In this document: positions 40,517 through 48,951 of the stretch, in pieces
How the letters are laid out: the number at the start of each line of letters is the position of its first letter
Numbering within the stretch: position 1 is the first letter of the stretch
Origin: a virus
IMG/VR virus record: IMGVR_UViG_3300032103_000260
Location: 23,224-87,223 of that record
Length of the DNA: 64,000 nucleotides
Direction: 5' to 3' (one strand)
Made by a program: the position numbers and the translations under genes
Notes under the pieces: model-generated
What the model saw: only the letters and a program-made list of their open reading frames with translations
Database searches by the model: none
What the model was told of the DNA's origin: nothing

Positions 40517-40590
40517 TGCACATGATGTAGGATTCGAACCCACGACTCAAGATTTGGAGTTTTGCGTGATACCAATTTCACCAATCATGC
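40517..40590 (-). tRNA. tRNA-Trp(CCA)
   Basis: CT CCA AA loop. Confidence 0.8.
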
Positions 40591-40593
40591 GTA

Positions 40594-40668
40594 TAGCACA
40601 GGGAAATGGATACGAACCACTATCTCCACCTTCCGTTTGGTGGCGCATTTGACTTATGCTACCCCTGT
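40594..40668 (-). tRNA. Degenerate tRNA, Arg(ACG)-like
   Basis: ccacc-AAACGGAA-ggtgg; cloverleaf otherwise recognisable. Confidence 0.45.
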
Positions 40669-40718
40669 ATGTCTTCTATGAGTTGAACATTCTACCGAGT
40701 TAAACTAAATATCCACTT

Positions 40719-40793
40719 TAGAGATATTATGGGATTCGAACCCATACCTTTCGACTCATAGATCAATACTTCAAATTTACTTCTTATCATCTA
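40719..40793 (-). tRNA. tRNA remnant (T arm intact, CT ATG AG loop)
   Basis: atgggTTCGAATcccat; the other arms are poor. Confidence 0.3.
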
Positions 40794-40810
40794 CAAGAAG
40801 TCTTATAAAA

Positions 40811-40848
40811 CAAAAAACCCGATCTTTTTTAGTGATCGGGTTTCCTGA
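40811..40848 (-). terminator. Attenuator terminator upstream of the minus-strand tRNA operon
   Basis: Transcript AAACCCGATC-actaaaaaa-GATCGGGTTT-TTTGTTTT. Confidence 0.85.
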
Positions 40849-40866
40849 TTTTTATTGTTTAATTAC

Positions 40867-40977
40867 TTAAATCAATTCTGTGTCAGAAAACCCAATACGA
40901 TCCCACTCAGCGTCTAAAACCAACGCTTCTGCTACGACTGCCATATTTAATACTAAGTTTTCCATTTGATTTAACAT
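40867..40977 (-). CDS. Leader peptide of the tRNA operon (MLNQMENLVLNMAVVAEALVLDAEWDRIGFSDTELI)
   Basis: 36-aa ORF between the promoter and terminator; its codons match the operon's tRNAs. Confidence 0.8.
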   Translation of the reverse strand: MLNQMENLVLNMAVVAEALVLDAEWDRIGFSDTELI

Positions 40978-41006
40978 TTTTATTTCTGTTTCTCTTAAAT
41001 ACGTCA

Positions 41007-41037
41007 CAAAAGTATAAAAGGTTTAAATACTTGTCAA
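41007..41037 (-). promoter_or_regulatory. Bacteroidota-type sigmaA promoter
   Basis: TTGACA...TACTTTTG (TAnnTTTG box) on the minus strand. Confidence 0.7.
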
Positions 41038-41107
41038 GTTTTTTCAAATATTTTTTTATTTCCTATATTTCTATCACAAAAATAATAATAGAAATTAATT
41101 CGTTTAT

Positions 41108-41320
41108 TTAGCGAAGACCTTTACTAAAAGCAACTTTATTCTTCATTAACCAAATAAAAAGCATAATTAAAATTATAAATAAACCAATAAATAATTCAAT
41201 TGGTTCGTTAGGATCGTCAGGCACACTAACGTTAGGAGGTTGAGAAAAACAATTTGAAGAAAACAGAATTATAAAATAAAATAACTTTCTCATATTCATA
41301 AATACACATTTTTTAGTCAT
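41108..41320 (-). CDS. Small secreted/membrane protein
   Basis: MRKLFYFIILFSSNCFS-Q plus a C-terminal TM helix. Confidence 0.5.
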   Translation of the reverse strand: MTKKCVFMNMRKLFYFIILFSSNCFSQPPNVSVPDDPNEPIELFIGLFIILIMLFIWLMKNKVAFSKGLR

Positions 41321-41720
41321 TTTTCTGTGTAAATTTAATATAGCTAAGAAATAAATTTTTTATATTTTCAGAACCAACAGGATTCATTGAATGAATAAGT
41401 ATTGTCGGTAAATTAACATTATTATCAATACAATAATTGATCAACCATTTAGCACAATCATATCCTGTTTTTTCAGCACTATCAGAATTATACATTTTTT
41501 TTATATCCTCTCTATCCTGAATTTCATAATGAATATCAGCAAGATCATGATCAAAGGAAATTATATTTGGTATCCCATGACTCTGTATGTAGCTTACAAA
41601 TTGATTATAATCTCTTACAATATCCCACTTATGTTTAAGATATTGATTATTATGTGTATAATTGAATGCATCTTGTGGCATTCTAATATCATCCAAAAAT
41701 AGATTTTTCATATATGGCAA
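41313..41720 (-). CDS. Cyclic-phosphate-processing receiver-domain protein
   Basis: LFLDDIR.P, ISFDHDL, TGYDCAKWL, IHSMNPVG. Confidence 0.8.
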   Translation of the reverse strand: MPYMKNLFLDDIRMPQDAFNYTHNNQYLKHKWDIVRDYNQFVSYIQSHGIPNIISFDHDLADIHYEIQDREDIKKMYNSDSAEKTGYDCAKWLINYCIDNNVNLPTILIHSMNPVGSENIKNLFLSYIKFTQKND

Positions 41721-41752
41721 ATGTAGTAATTAATATTTAAAAATATATAAAT

Positions 41753-44272
41753 TTAGAATGATTTTAAATTAGAAAGCAGTGTTTTTTTATAGATCATTCC
41801 CTTTTCAGTATTTAACCAATCCATTTTAAATCTTGTTCCTGTTTCATCCATAAAAACTGGTTCGCCATTATCAATCCATATTTTTAATGGTATAATCTCA
41901 CCTTCAAAATCGTAATCAAATTCAAATTCTTCAACAAATGAATTCCAGCTATAATCGGTATATTTATCAATTATCATTTGATCTGATTTTTCACTTTTAA
42001 TGTTATGAATGTTCTGTAACCCATTGATAATATCATAAACTAAACTAACCTGAAATTCTTTTGAATTTAAAATATGATCAATATCATTATTTTTTAGTGT
42101 AGGAAACAATTCAAATTCTTCTTGATTTTCAGCAATATTATTTGGTGATAATTTTTCTTTATTTAAAGCACTACCCAAACCAGCACCACCAGCAGGATCA
42201 TTGATGGCCTTGTCAACTAATGATCTTCCAAAAGTATCTGCAACTAATTTTTTGTGTGCAGTATTTTTTAATATTTTAGCTACTTGAGAAGGGTCTAACT
42301 GTCTGATGGCTGTTTTACCATACTTATCAATGATTGATAATATATCCTTCTTATTTTTAGCTTTTATAAGCTCGGCATATATTTTAAAATTTCTATTTTC
42401 ATCTTTAGGTTGATTTATTTCTTGTTTTGGTTCTTCTTCTTTATCTGATTGTTTAAAATTTTTAACTCTATCAGCATTTTCTGATTTTGCAATCATTTGA
42501 ATCTGCTGTGGAGTTAATTTATCAAATAATTCTTGTCCACTTTTTATAAATAAAGGGGTAAATATGCTGTCAGGATAATTTACTATAATAGAAAACACTT
42601 GATCATTACTAAGATCATTAATAAATGATTCACCAAAAATTGATATTATTTTCTCATATGCTTTAGTATCTCCTTGTGCATCTAATGAATATATTAATTG
42701 TAATATGTCTTTAGATTTAAAGTTTGGTAATTTACCAGCAGAATTAATTAATTTAATACTTTCTTTATCACCCAATGATATTGCTCTATTCACTAAAAGC
42801 ATAATTTCATTTTCATCAAGCAGATTTAATTTATCAACACCAATTTCTTTAATGGCATCAGACATTCTACCTAAATTATGAATGATATATGCGTATGTTA
42901 ATGTTTTATCAAAATCTTCTGGATTTCTTTCTTTAACTAATTTAGCAATAATTGTATCTCTAAATTTTTCAGGATCACTTTCAGGGTAAATTTTACGTAA
43001 ATTATCCGTATTGATCATGTAATAGAAATCATCTTCATCAACAAATTTACCTTTAAATTTATTAATTACATCTGGAATAATTTTTTTCTTATCACCAGTA
43101 TTCATTTCCATAATAATTGGTAATGCAAAACGTGGCATCTTATCATAATTCTTAGATAAGAAATCAATCATTTCTTCAGGTGTCTTGTAGAAATATTGTG
43201 CTAAGAAATATATATCTTGTAGAGATATTTGATTAACATTCTTTTTCTTTATTTCTTCAAATCTTCTCTTGTTTCTTTCTTTATTAAAATCATCAATTTT
43301 GACTTCTAAAACTTCTACTGGTACATTAATGTTTTTTAAATAAGAAATCATTGGCTGTTTACCCTTAACAATAACAGGTTCATTTAATGAATTCTGAAAT
43401 TCATATGGACTGAAATCTGGAGTAACTGTTAATCCAAGTAAATTATTTTTATCTGATACAGGATAATTATAGTTCCATATAAAAAACTGTGCATTACCAT
43501 TAGTATAATTATTCCAATGACTATTACTATAACTTATACACCAATGAGGACTACCAATTTTTTTAGATGCTTCGTAGCTATAAACTGCAGCAACAATTAT
43601 TTTTGTTTGTGGATTTGCACTAATTACTTCAGCACCATTCGTATTATTTATTTCCTCAACTTTCTTTTCAAAACTTAATTGATTAGCATATTTTTTTACA
43701 AATAAATCTATCTTATTTAAAACCTCTGAAACATCACCTTGATTACCAGTAATCAATGCAAAACCAGAATAAAAATCATTCAACTCTTTCTTATCACTTT
43801 CAGCTTGTTCAGGTGATTTACCCTCAGACTTTGATAGTCTTTCATATGATTTTATGAAGTCATCAGATAGCGATATTAATTTATCTTTTACTTCTTTTGA
43901 TATATTATTATCAATTAATTCTCTTACATTCTTTGGGAGCATTTTATATGCTTTCTGAAATTTAATATCCTTTTCAACTTCAGTTAATGCATCTTGCAAT
44001 TCAACGTAAGAATTGTATTGTGTTACTGGTTTTGGAAGTTTTTTAAACTTAGCTGGTTCTGCTTGAATTTGATTATATAATTGAACCAATTCATCATATT
44101 CAACCCTATTGTTGAACATGAAATTCGTAAATAGACCTAAATACCCAATATTTTTTTCCAATAACTTCTTCAGTTTTTGGTATCTTGAGTCACTTTCTAA
44201 TATATTTAAATCTTTAAGGATTTTCTTAGACTTAGCCACATCCTCAAATAATAATGTTTTTATGTTTAGCAT
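41753..44272 (-). CDS. Large hypothetical (probably virion-associated) protein
   Basis: 839 aa; GSPHWCIS..WNNY domain; late motif at 44294. Confidence 0.7.
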   Translation of the reverse strand: MLNIKTLLFEDVAKSKKILKDLNILESDSRYQKLKKLLEKNIGYLGLFTNFMFNNRVEYDELVQLYNQIQAEPAKFKKLPKPVTQYNSYVELQDALTEVEKDIKFQKAYKMLPKNVRELIDNNISKEVKDKLISLSDDFIKSYERLSKSEGKSPEQAESDKKELNDFYSGFALITGNQGDVSEVLNKIDLFVKKYANQLSFEKKVEEINNTNGAEVISANPQTKIIVAAVYSYEASKKIGSPHWCISYSNSHWNNYTNGNAQFFIWNYNYPVSDKNNLLGLTVTPDFSPYEFQNSLNEPVIVKGKQPMISYLKNINVPVEVLEVKIDDFNKERNKRRFEEIKKKNVNQISLQDIYFLAQYFYKTPEEMIDFLSKNYDKMPRFALPIIMEMNTGDKKKIIPDVINKFKGKFVDEDDFYYMINTDNLRKIYPESDPEKFRDTIIAKLVKERNPEDFDKTLTYAYIIHNLGRMSDAIKEIGVDKLNLLDENEIMLLVNRAISLGDKESIKLINSAGKLPNFKSKDILQLIYSLDAQGDTKAYEKIISIFGESFINDLSNDQVFSIIVNYPDSIFTPLFIKSGQELFDKLTPQQIQMIAKSENADRVKNFKQSDKEEEPKQEINQPKDENRNFKIYAELIKAKNKKDILSIIDKYGKTAIRQLDPSQVAKILKNTAHKKLVADTFGRSLVDKAINDPAGGAGLGSALNKEKLSPNNIAENQEEFELFPTLKNNDIDHILNSKEFQVSLVYDIINGLQNIHNIKSEKSDQMIIDKYTDYSWNSFVEEFEFDYDFEGEIIPLKIWIDNGEPVFMDETGTRFKMDWLNTEKGMIYKKTLLSNLKSF

Positions 44273-44376
44273 TTCATGTATAAAATAGTATACATAAATA
44301 CCATTTTAGGGGGTTAAAGTATAAAATTTTATACAGTAAAATAGTATTTATCAATATAATCTAATTAAATTAAGTC

Positions 44377-44634
44377 ATGAAAATTGAAGAAATAAGAAAA
44401 ATAATCAGAGAATCCATCATGGAATTCGCTAATCCACAACCTGCTCAACCTAAAAGAGAGAAGGAAGTTGAAGTTGCACCTGAAAAGGAAAAGGAAGCAA
44501 AACCGCTTAGAAGAGGTTTGCCTACACCAGAAAAAGCACCTGAACCAACTCCAAAAGGTCAAAAAAAGGAAGCGACAGCAACAGAAATGTCTGTAGCTAA
44601 CAAAATAGCTATTAAGTTTAATAAACAAAAATAA
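44377..44634 (+). CDS. Hypothetical late protein
   Basis: MKIEEIRKIIRESIME leader; late motif at 44343. Confidence 0.65.
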   Translation: MKIEEIRKIIRESIMEFANPQPAQPKREKEVEVAPEKEKEAKPLRRGLPTPEKAPEPTPKGQKKEATATEMSVANKIAIKFNKQK

Positions 44635-44638
44635 TCTA

Positions 44639-45646
44639 ATGAAACCACAATTAAAAGAAGTTGATTACGAAGATTTCTTAGACCCAAATTATCTTCAAGA
44701 CTTGAAAAGAAGAAGTCAGGAGATTGCCAGAGGTCAATCTATGCAGCAAGCTGGTGGTAATGTAATGAGAAATTTACCAAGAGTTAAACAAATTGAAGCT
44801 GGTCATAAAGAAGAATTAGAAAATTTAGCTATTGAATTAGTTAAAGAACAATATCCTATTATTGATAAATTTGATATTGAGATTGATGCACAATTAAGTC
44901 CTACCGTAAGAGTGGATGCTCCTGAAAGAAGAAAACCTAAAACACAACTTCCAGATGAATTTAAAAACCCTGCAAACAAAAGAAGAATAATTAATGCAAT
45001 TACTCAGGGTTCTGCAGTTTCAACTCATGGTGTCTTTCATATGCTTAAAGATAGATTAGATGCAATATACCCTAATTTGGTTAACATGTATGATGAACTA
45101 GGTAAATCAAATGATATTATTTATCATTTGGCTGATAAAAATATGTTAGCTAATATGGCTATTATGGGTAATAGACAAGGAATGGCTGCTGGTTCATCTT
45201 CTTATTCATTTGAAAATGGAAAGTATAAAATCATTGCAAGAGCACAAACATTTCCAGTATTAATTCACGAAATCACCAAAGGATTATTTGAAATCATTTC
45301 AGTTGAAGGATTCGAATTAGATAAAGAAAAAAACACTGAATTGGTTCAATATACTGATACCATCGATAGTGAATTTGATGATATCGTTAATGGTAAAGAT
45401 ATCTATGGTAAAATTAGAGATTATGTTGTTGATAATTTTGAACAATATTTAGATCGTTATCCAGATTTCTTACTATATTTCCTTCAGGAACTATATGAAG
45501 TACCATCAGAAAATAACGAATTTGTTAATTTAATTAATGGTATTTTAACAGGTCAACCAAACAAAAGGGCATTAAAAAATATTGCAGATGATGTTTTCTT
45601 TGATCTTAGAAATGACGATATTGATAGTGCATTTGAAAATAATTAA
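44639..45646 (+). CDS. Hypothetical phage protein
   Basis: 335 aa; KRRIINAITQG, FPVLIHEITKG. Confidence 0.7.
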   Translation: MKPQLKEVDYEDFLDPNYLQDLKRRSQEIARGQSMQQAGGNVMRNLPRVKQIEAGHKEELENLAIELVKEQYPIIDKFDIEIDAQLSPTVRVDAPERRKPKTQLPDEFKNPANKRRIINAITQGSAVSTHGVFHMLKDRLDAIYPNLVNMYDELGKSNDIIYHLADKNMLANMAIMGNRQGMAAGSSSYSFENGKYKIIARAQTFPVLIHEITKGLFEIISVEGFELDKEKNTELVQYTDTIDSEFDDIVNGKDIYGKIRDYVVDNFEQYLDRYPDFLLYFLQELYEVPSENNEFVNLINGILTGQPNKRALKNIADDVFFDLRNDDIDSAFENN

Positions 45647-45665
45647 AAAATTTATAACAATTTGC

Positions 45666-45695
45666 TTGACTTTAACGTATTTAGTTGTAGATTTA
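45666..45695 (+). promoter_or_regulatory. Putative host-type promoter of the plus-strand tRNA operon
   Basis: TTGAC...TAGATTTA (one mismatch to TAnnTTTG). Confidence 0.5.
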
Positions 45696-45711
45696 CATAA
45701 AATTTAAAGAA

Positions 45712-45795
45712 ATGAAAAGAGTTATGTTCATAGTACCGCAACCCCAACATCAGCCACAAAAGCTGTTGCTTGGAGATACTATGTACGTTTCCTAA
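45712..45795 (+). CDS. Leader peptide of the tRNA operon (MKRVMFIVPQPQHQPQKLLLGDTMYVS)
   Basis: 27-aa ORF with a PQPQHQPQ run, before Pro/His/Gln tRNAs. Confidence 0.8.
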   Translation: MKRVMFIVPQPQHQPQKLLLGDTMYVS

Positions 45796-45823
45796 GATAA
45801 TATAAACTTAGGACGTTATATTA

Positions 45824-45860
45824 AGGAAAACCCAAGCACGTAAAAATGCTTGGGTTTTTT
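45824..45860 (+). terminator. Attenuator terminator upstream of the plus-strand tRNA operon
   Basis: AAAACCCAAGCA-cgtaaaaa-TGCTTGGGTTTT-TT. Confidence 0.85.
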
Positions 45861-45868
45861 GATTTTAC

Positions 45869-45962
45869 AGGGTTTGCAGGAGTATGGTTAAACTGGCTGG
45901 TCTTGGAAACCAGTGATGGCACAAAGGCGTTGTCATCCGAGGGTTCGAATCCCTCAACCCTG
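45869..45962 (+). tRNA. Class-II (Ser-like body) tRNA with a TGG (Pro) anticodon
   Basis: ctggt-CT TGG AA-accag, long variable arm, G discriminator, 6-bp acceptor. Confidence 0.6.
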
Positions 45963-46073
45963 AGATGATTAATTACAGATACCTGCACGTGGTAATCATT
46001 GCATGATAATATTAGAAATTAATATTATTAACTAAATTCTGTAAGTTCTTTGAAATTATTAGTATTGAAAATT

Positions 46074-46148
46074 CGAGTAGTAGCGTAGTCAGGTCAACGT
46101 GCTTGCTTTGGGAGCAAGAGATCAAAGGTTCGAATCCTTTCTACTCGA
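46074..46148 (+). tRNA. tRNA-Pro(TGG)
   Basis: cttgc-TT TGG GA-gcaag; C1 start. Confidence 0.9.
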
Positions 46149-46150
46149 CT

Positions 46151-46224
46151 GTGTTTGTAGCTTAATAGTCGAAAGCACATGATTGTGGCTCATGAGATGG
46201 GGGTTCGATTCCCCTCAAACACCA
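46151..46224 (+). tRNA. tRNA-His(GTG)
   Basis: catga-TT GTG GC-tcatg. Confidence 0.85.
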
Positions 46225-46231
46225 ACTATAT

Positions 46232-46305
46232 TACTTTATAGTGTAACGGTTTAGCACGACACCCTTTGAAGGTCGTAGGTTTGGGTTCAAATCCTAATAA
46301 AGCAA
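46232..46305 (+). tRNA. tRNA-Gln(TTG), imperfect stems
   Basis: CT TTG AA loop. Confidence 0.65.
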
Positions 46306-46311
46306 CAATAT

Positions 46312-46383
46312 TGTCGTGTAGTATAATGGTTAGTACTTCAGACTTTGACTCTGAAGGTGATGGTTAGAGTCCATCCACGACAT
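46312..46383 (+). tRNA. tRNA-Gln(TTG)
   Basis: tcaga-CT TTG AC-tctga. Confidence 0.8.
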
Positions 46384-46396
46384 CTTAATTTTATAT

Positions 46397-46469
46397 GGTG
46401 TTTGTGTTGTAATGGTAACATACCATTCTGTGAAAATGGAGTAGACGGATCGTAACCGTCCTTACACCC
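46397..46469 (+). tRNA. tRNA-His(GTG), divergent
   Basis: ccatt-CT GTG AA-aatgg. Confidence 0.6.
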
Positions 46470-46475
46470 TTAATA

Positions 46476-46549
46476 TTCTCAAGTCGTATAATGGCTATTA
46501 TTTCTTACTCTGAATAAGAGGATGTTGGTTCGATTCCAACCTTGAGGAC
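46476..46549 (+). tRNA. tRNA-Gln(CTG)
   Basis: tctta-CT CTG AA-taaga. Confidence 0.8.
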
Positions 46550-46782
46550 TTCTTAAAATATTCAGAAATATTTTTACAACCATCATAAACCTTCAAGAAC
46601 ATTTCTCTACGTTCTTGAATAGATGCAGTGCCTTTCATTATTAAACCAACACCACCCTCTGGTAATTGAGATATTTCACAAAGGTTATCAACATTATGAT
46701 TACAAAACATGTAAAATAAATAACCAGCCAAACCATCTGGCTGAAGTTCTTTTTCAATTCTTTCTATTTTTTCTTGTGTCAT
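46498..46782 (-). CDS. Hypothetical protein (3' end overlaps the last tRNA antisense)
   Basis: 94-aa ORF. Confidence 0.45.
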   Translation of the reverse strand: MTQEKIERIEKELQPDGLAGYLFYMFCNHNVDNLCEISQLPEGGVGLIMKGTASIQERREMFLKVYDGCKNISEYFKKSSRLESNQHPLIQSKK

Positions 46783-46960
46783 CTCTAATCAAGATTTGCT
46801 TTATAGTAATTATTGCTTTAATTTTATTTTGCCAACTACCAGCATTTGCAAGATTAATCAAATCCTGTTCTCTATTACCTGTAGGTTTTGGTGGTGTCTT
46901 TGCCATATTAAAACTTATCAAAATTTTTGGTAATGTAAATAAATAAACCAATAATTGCAA
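46754..46960 (-). CDS. Hypothetical protein
   Basis: 68-aa ORF. Confidence 0.4.
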   Translation of the reverse strand: MQLLVYLFTLPKILISFNMAKTPPKPTGNREQDLINLANAGSWQNKIKAIITIKQILIRDDTRKNRKN

Positions 46961-46982
46961 AAGGTAATAGCAATTTTTTCAT

Positions 46983-47492
46983 TTATAATAAACTTATAAT
47001 TGTTGAAGTCACATTTTTTAACCCTATTTTAACGTAATGAACATCAAAATAGTTAAAACATCTGATCACTTCATTATCAATTTCAATAGCACCTTTTTCA
47101 TCTTGATAACGTCCTTCTTGTCTGTATTCAACTTCACGTTCCAAGTATACATTTAAGTTATAATATTTGTTGAATTCTTTTAAGACAAAGCGTGAAATTC
47201 TTTATTATCTTCTATCTTCACCCTTACCAGAATAAACAATTGAATTAAATAATGGAGCATCAGTAACAAGGTAATCAATCTTACCATTTAATCTAAACAT
47301 TCTATGATGTTGATTTGCAAAAATCCAAACTTGATTTTCCATTACACGATATGACTCATCCCATGTCAAGTCTTTAGCGAATTCAGTTACAAGTTCACAA
47401 CTATGTTTTTGCTTTTTTAAGTCAGCAAATACCTGCGCTGCAGTTACAGATTTACCAGTTCCCGGCCCCCCAAAAATATTGATTACTTTCAT
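46983..47492 (-). pseudogene. NadR/AAA_28-like P-loop kinase, disrupted
   Basis: GGPGTGKS, TDAPL; a GAAGATA duplication gives TAA TAA, then the frame resumes FVLKEFNKY..YRQEGRYQ. Confidence 0.65.
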
Positions 47493-47746
47493 GAACCAAT
47501 ATAGTGAATTTAAAATAAAAAATAAAAGCTCTAACAATTTTATATTTGTTAGAGCTTTTAAATATCTAAATACATACCCTTATTTTTAATATCTACCCAT
47601 ATACGATAATCGACTTATCATAATTTAGGATGTGGAATCACCCTTCATATAAGGGTTTTAAGAAATTATTCCTGTTAAATCAGACCTAACTTATTTTTAT
47701 TTTATAAGCATTAATTTCTTTAATATAAATACGTTATTGATTGAAA

Positions 47747-48268
47747 TTACATTTTCCAATCTAATAATAATTTTTTATTTCTGTAATCAATAACAGCATT
47801 TGCCATAGTAAAATAATCTGAACCAATTATACCTAAAATTTTTAAACCATTTTCAGAAAAAGATTCAATTAGATCACTCATATCAGCACCATATGCTTTT
47901 AATAATAAAGGATTTTTTTCATGTAAAATCACACAATTTTTTAGTGAATATCTGTTTTTTTTACCACCTAAACCAACTAATTCTATATTAGAGGATATTG
48001 TATTAAAACCATATTTTTCTGCTTGAGAAATATCAAATAATGTGAATGCTGCGCCAGTATCAATAAGTAGATTTGCTTTTTTATCGTTGATAATTACTTC
48101 AATGTAAAACATGTGATGATGATTTTTTAATGGTATTGATTGCGGGACATCATCGACCGTAAACGTTTGTGCTGATAACTTTTTTGTTGTTAGGGCTAAT
48201 ATAAAAAAAATTATAATGATCCTAACAAATTTCATAAAGAACAAACATAAATACTTTATAAGTATCAA
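47747..48268 (-). CDS. Retropepsin-like aspartyl protease, secreted
   Basis: LLIDTGA, GIIGSD; signal peptide ending LSA-Q (likely start MKFVRI). Confidence 0.8.
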   Translation of the reverse strand: MILIKYLCLFFMKFVRIIIIFFILALTTKKLSAQTFTVDDVPQSIPLKNHHHMFYIEVIINDKKANLLIDTGAAFTLFDISQAEKYGFNTISSNIELVGLGGKKNRYSLKNCVILHEKNPLLLKAYGADMSDLIESFSENGLKILGIIGSDYFTMANAVIDYRNKKLLLDWKM

Positions 48269-48295
48269 ACAAGTATTTATAGTAAAATTATTTCT

Positions 48296-48943
48296 ATGTT
48301 AACTAAAAACTGGCTTATAGAAGACCCAATTGATTTTGAATATAAAAAATATTTACTGCTTGCATATGAAAAAAAAACGAGAGGACGATTCAGAGATAGA
48401 TTACTTTATCCAGATTTTACTGATATTATTGCTAATAAAAATTATATCGATGTTTTTTTAGATAACATCAATACATTTGAAAACGGCAAAAAAGAGATAA
48501 TTGGATTAGATATAACTGAACAAAAAATAATGTATAGAACATTATTAAATGATCTATCATTAGGTGATATTAGAGAAACAGCTGAATTCGGTAAAAATAT
48601 TTTTGATAATTTATTTTTAATATATTCAAAATTATATGATGAGGTTGATTCATTTATTAAAATAAACGGAAACATTATCAGTCAATTTTCAGTGTATGTG
48701 GGATACATTATAATTAATACCGATCATAATTATTATTATCAATATTTAATCGATAAAAAATTTACACCAGAAGAAATGTATGTTTTAGTATTAAGTGAAA
48801 TTGATGAAGCAACCTTTTATAAAAATAGATTTCAAAAAAATTACTTTAATATTATAATTCCGACCAAAGAAAATTTTGAATTTACTATAAAACCAATTCT
48901 TAAGAGAAAATTTCTAAAACAAATACTTACAAACTATAGATAA
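48296..48943 (+). CDS. Hypothetical protein
   Basis: 215-aa ORF after the late motif at 48272. Confidence 0.65.
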   Translation: MLTKNWLIEDPIDFEYKKYLLLAYEKKTRGRFRDRLLYPDFTDIIANKNYIDVFLDNINTFENGKKEIIGLDITEQKIMYRTLLNDLSLGDIRETAEFGKNIFDNLFLIYSKLYDEVDSFIKINGNIISQFSVYVGYIIINTDHNYYYQYLIDKKFTPEEMYVLVLSEIDEATFYKNRFQKNYFNIIIPTKENFEFTIKPILKRKFLKQILTNYR

Positions 48944-48951
48944 TTTATCAC

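Noticed and set aside
45712-45800. Alternative leader frame MKKSYVHSTATPTSATKAVAWRYYVRFLR requiring an extra A
   Set aside because: The as-sequenced frame is open and its PQPQHQPQ codons match the downstream tRNAs, so no frameshift needs to be invoked.
6313-47492. Stop-codon recoding (TAA/TGA read as sense)
   Set aside because: Most intact genes end in TAA, long core ORFs are open in code 11, no suppressor anticodon is among the tRNAs, and frameshifts accompany the stops.
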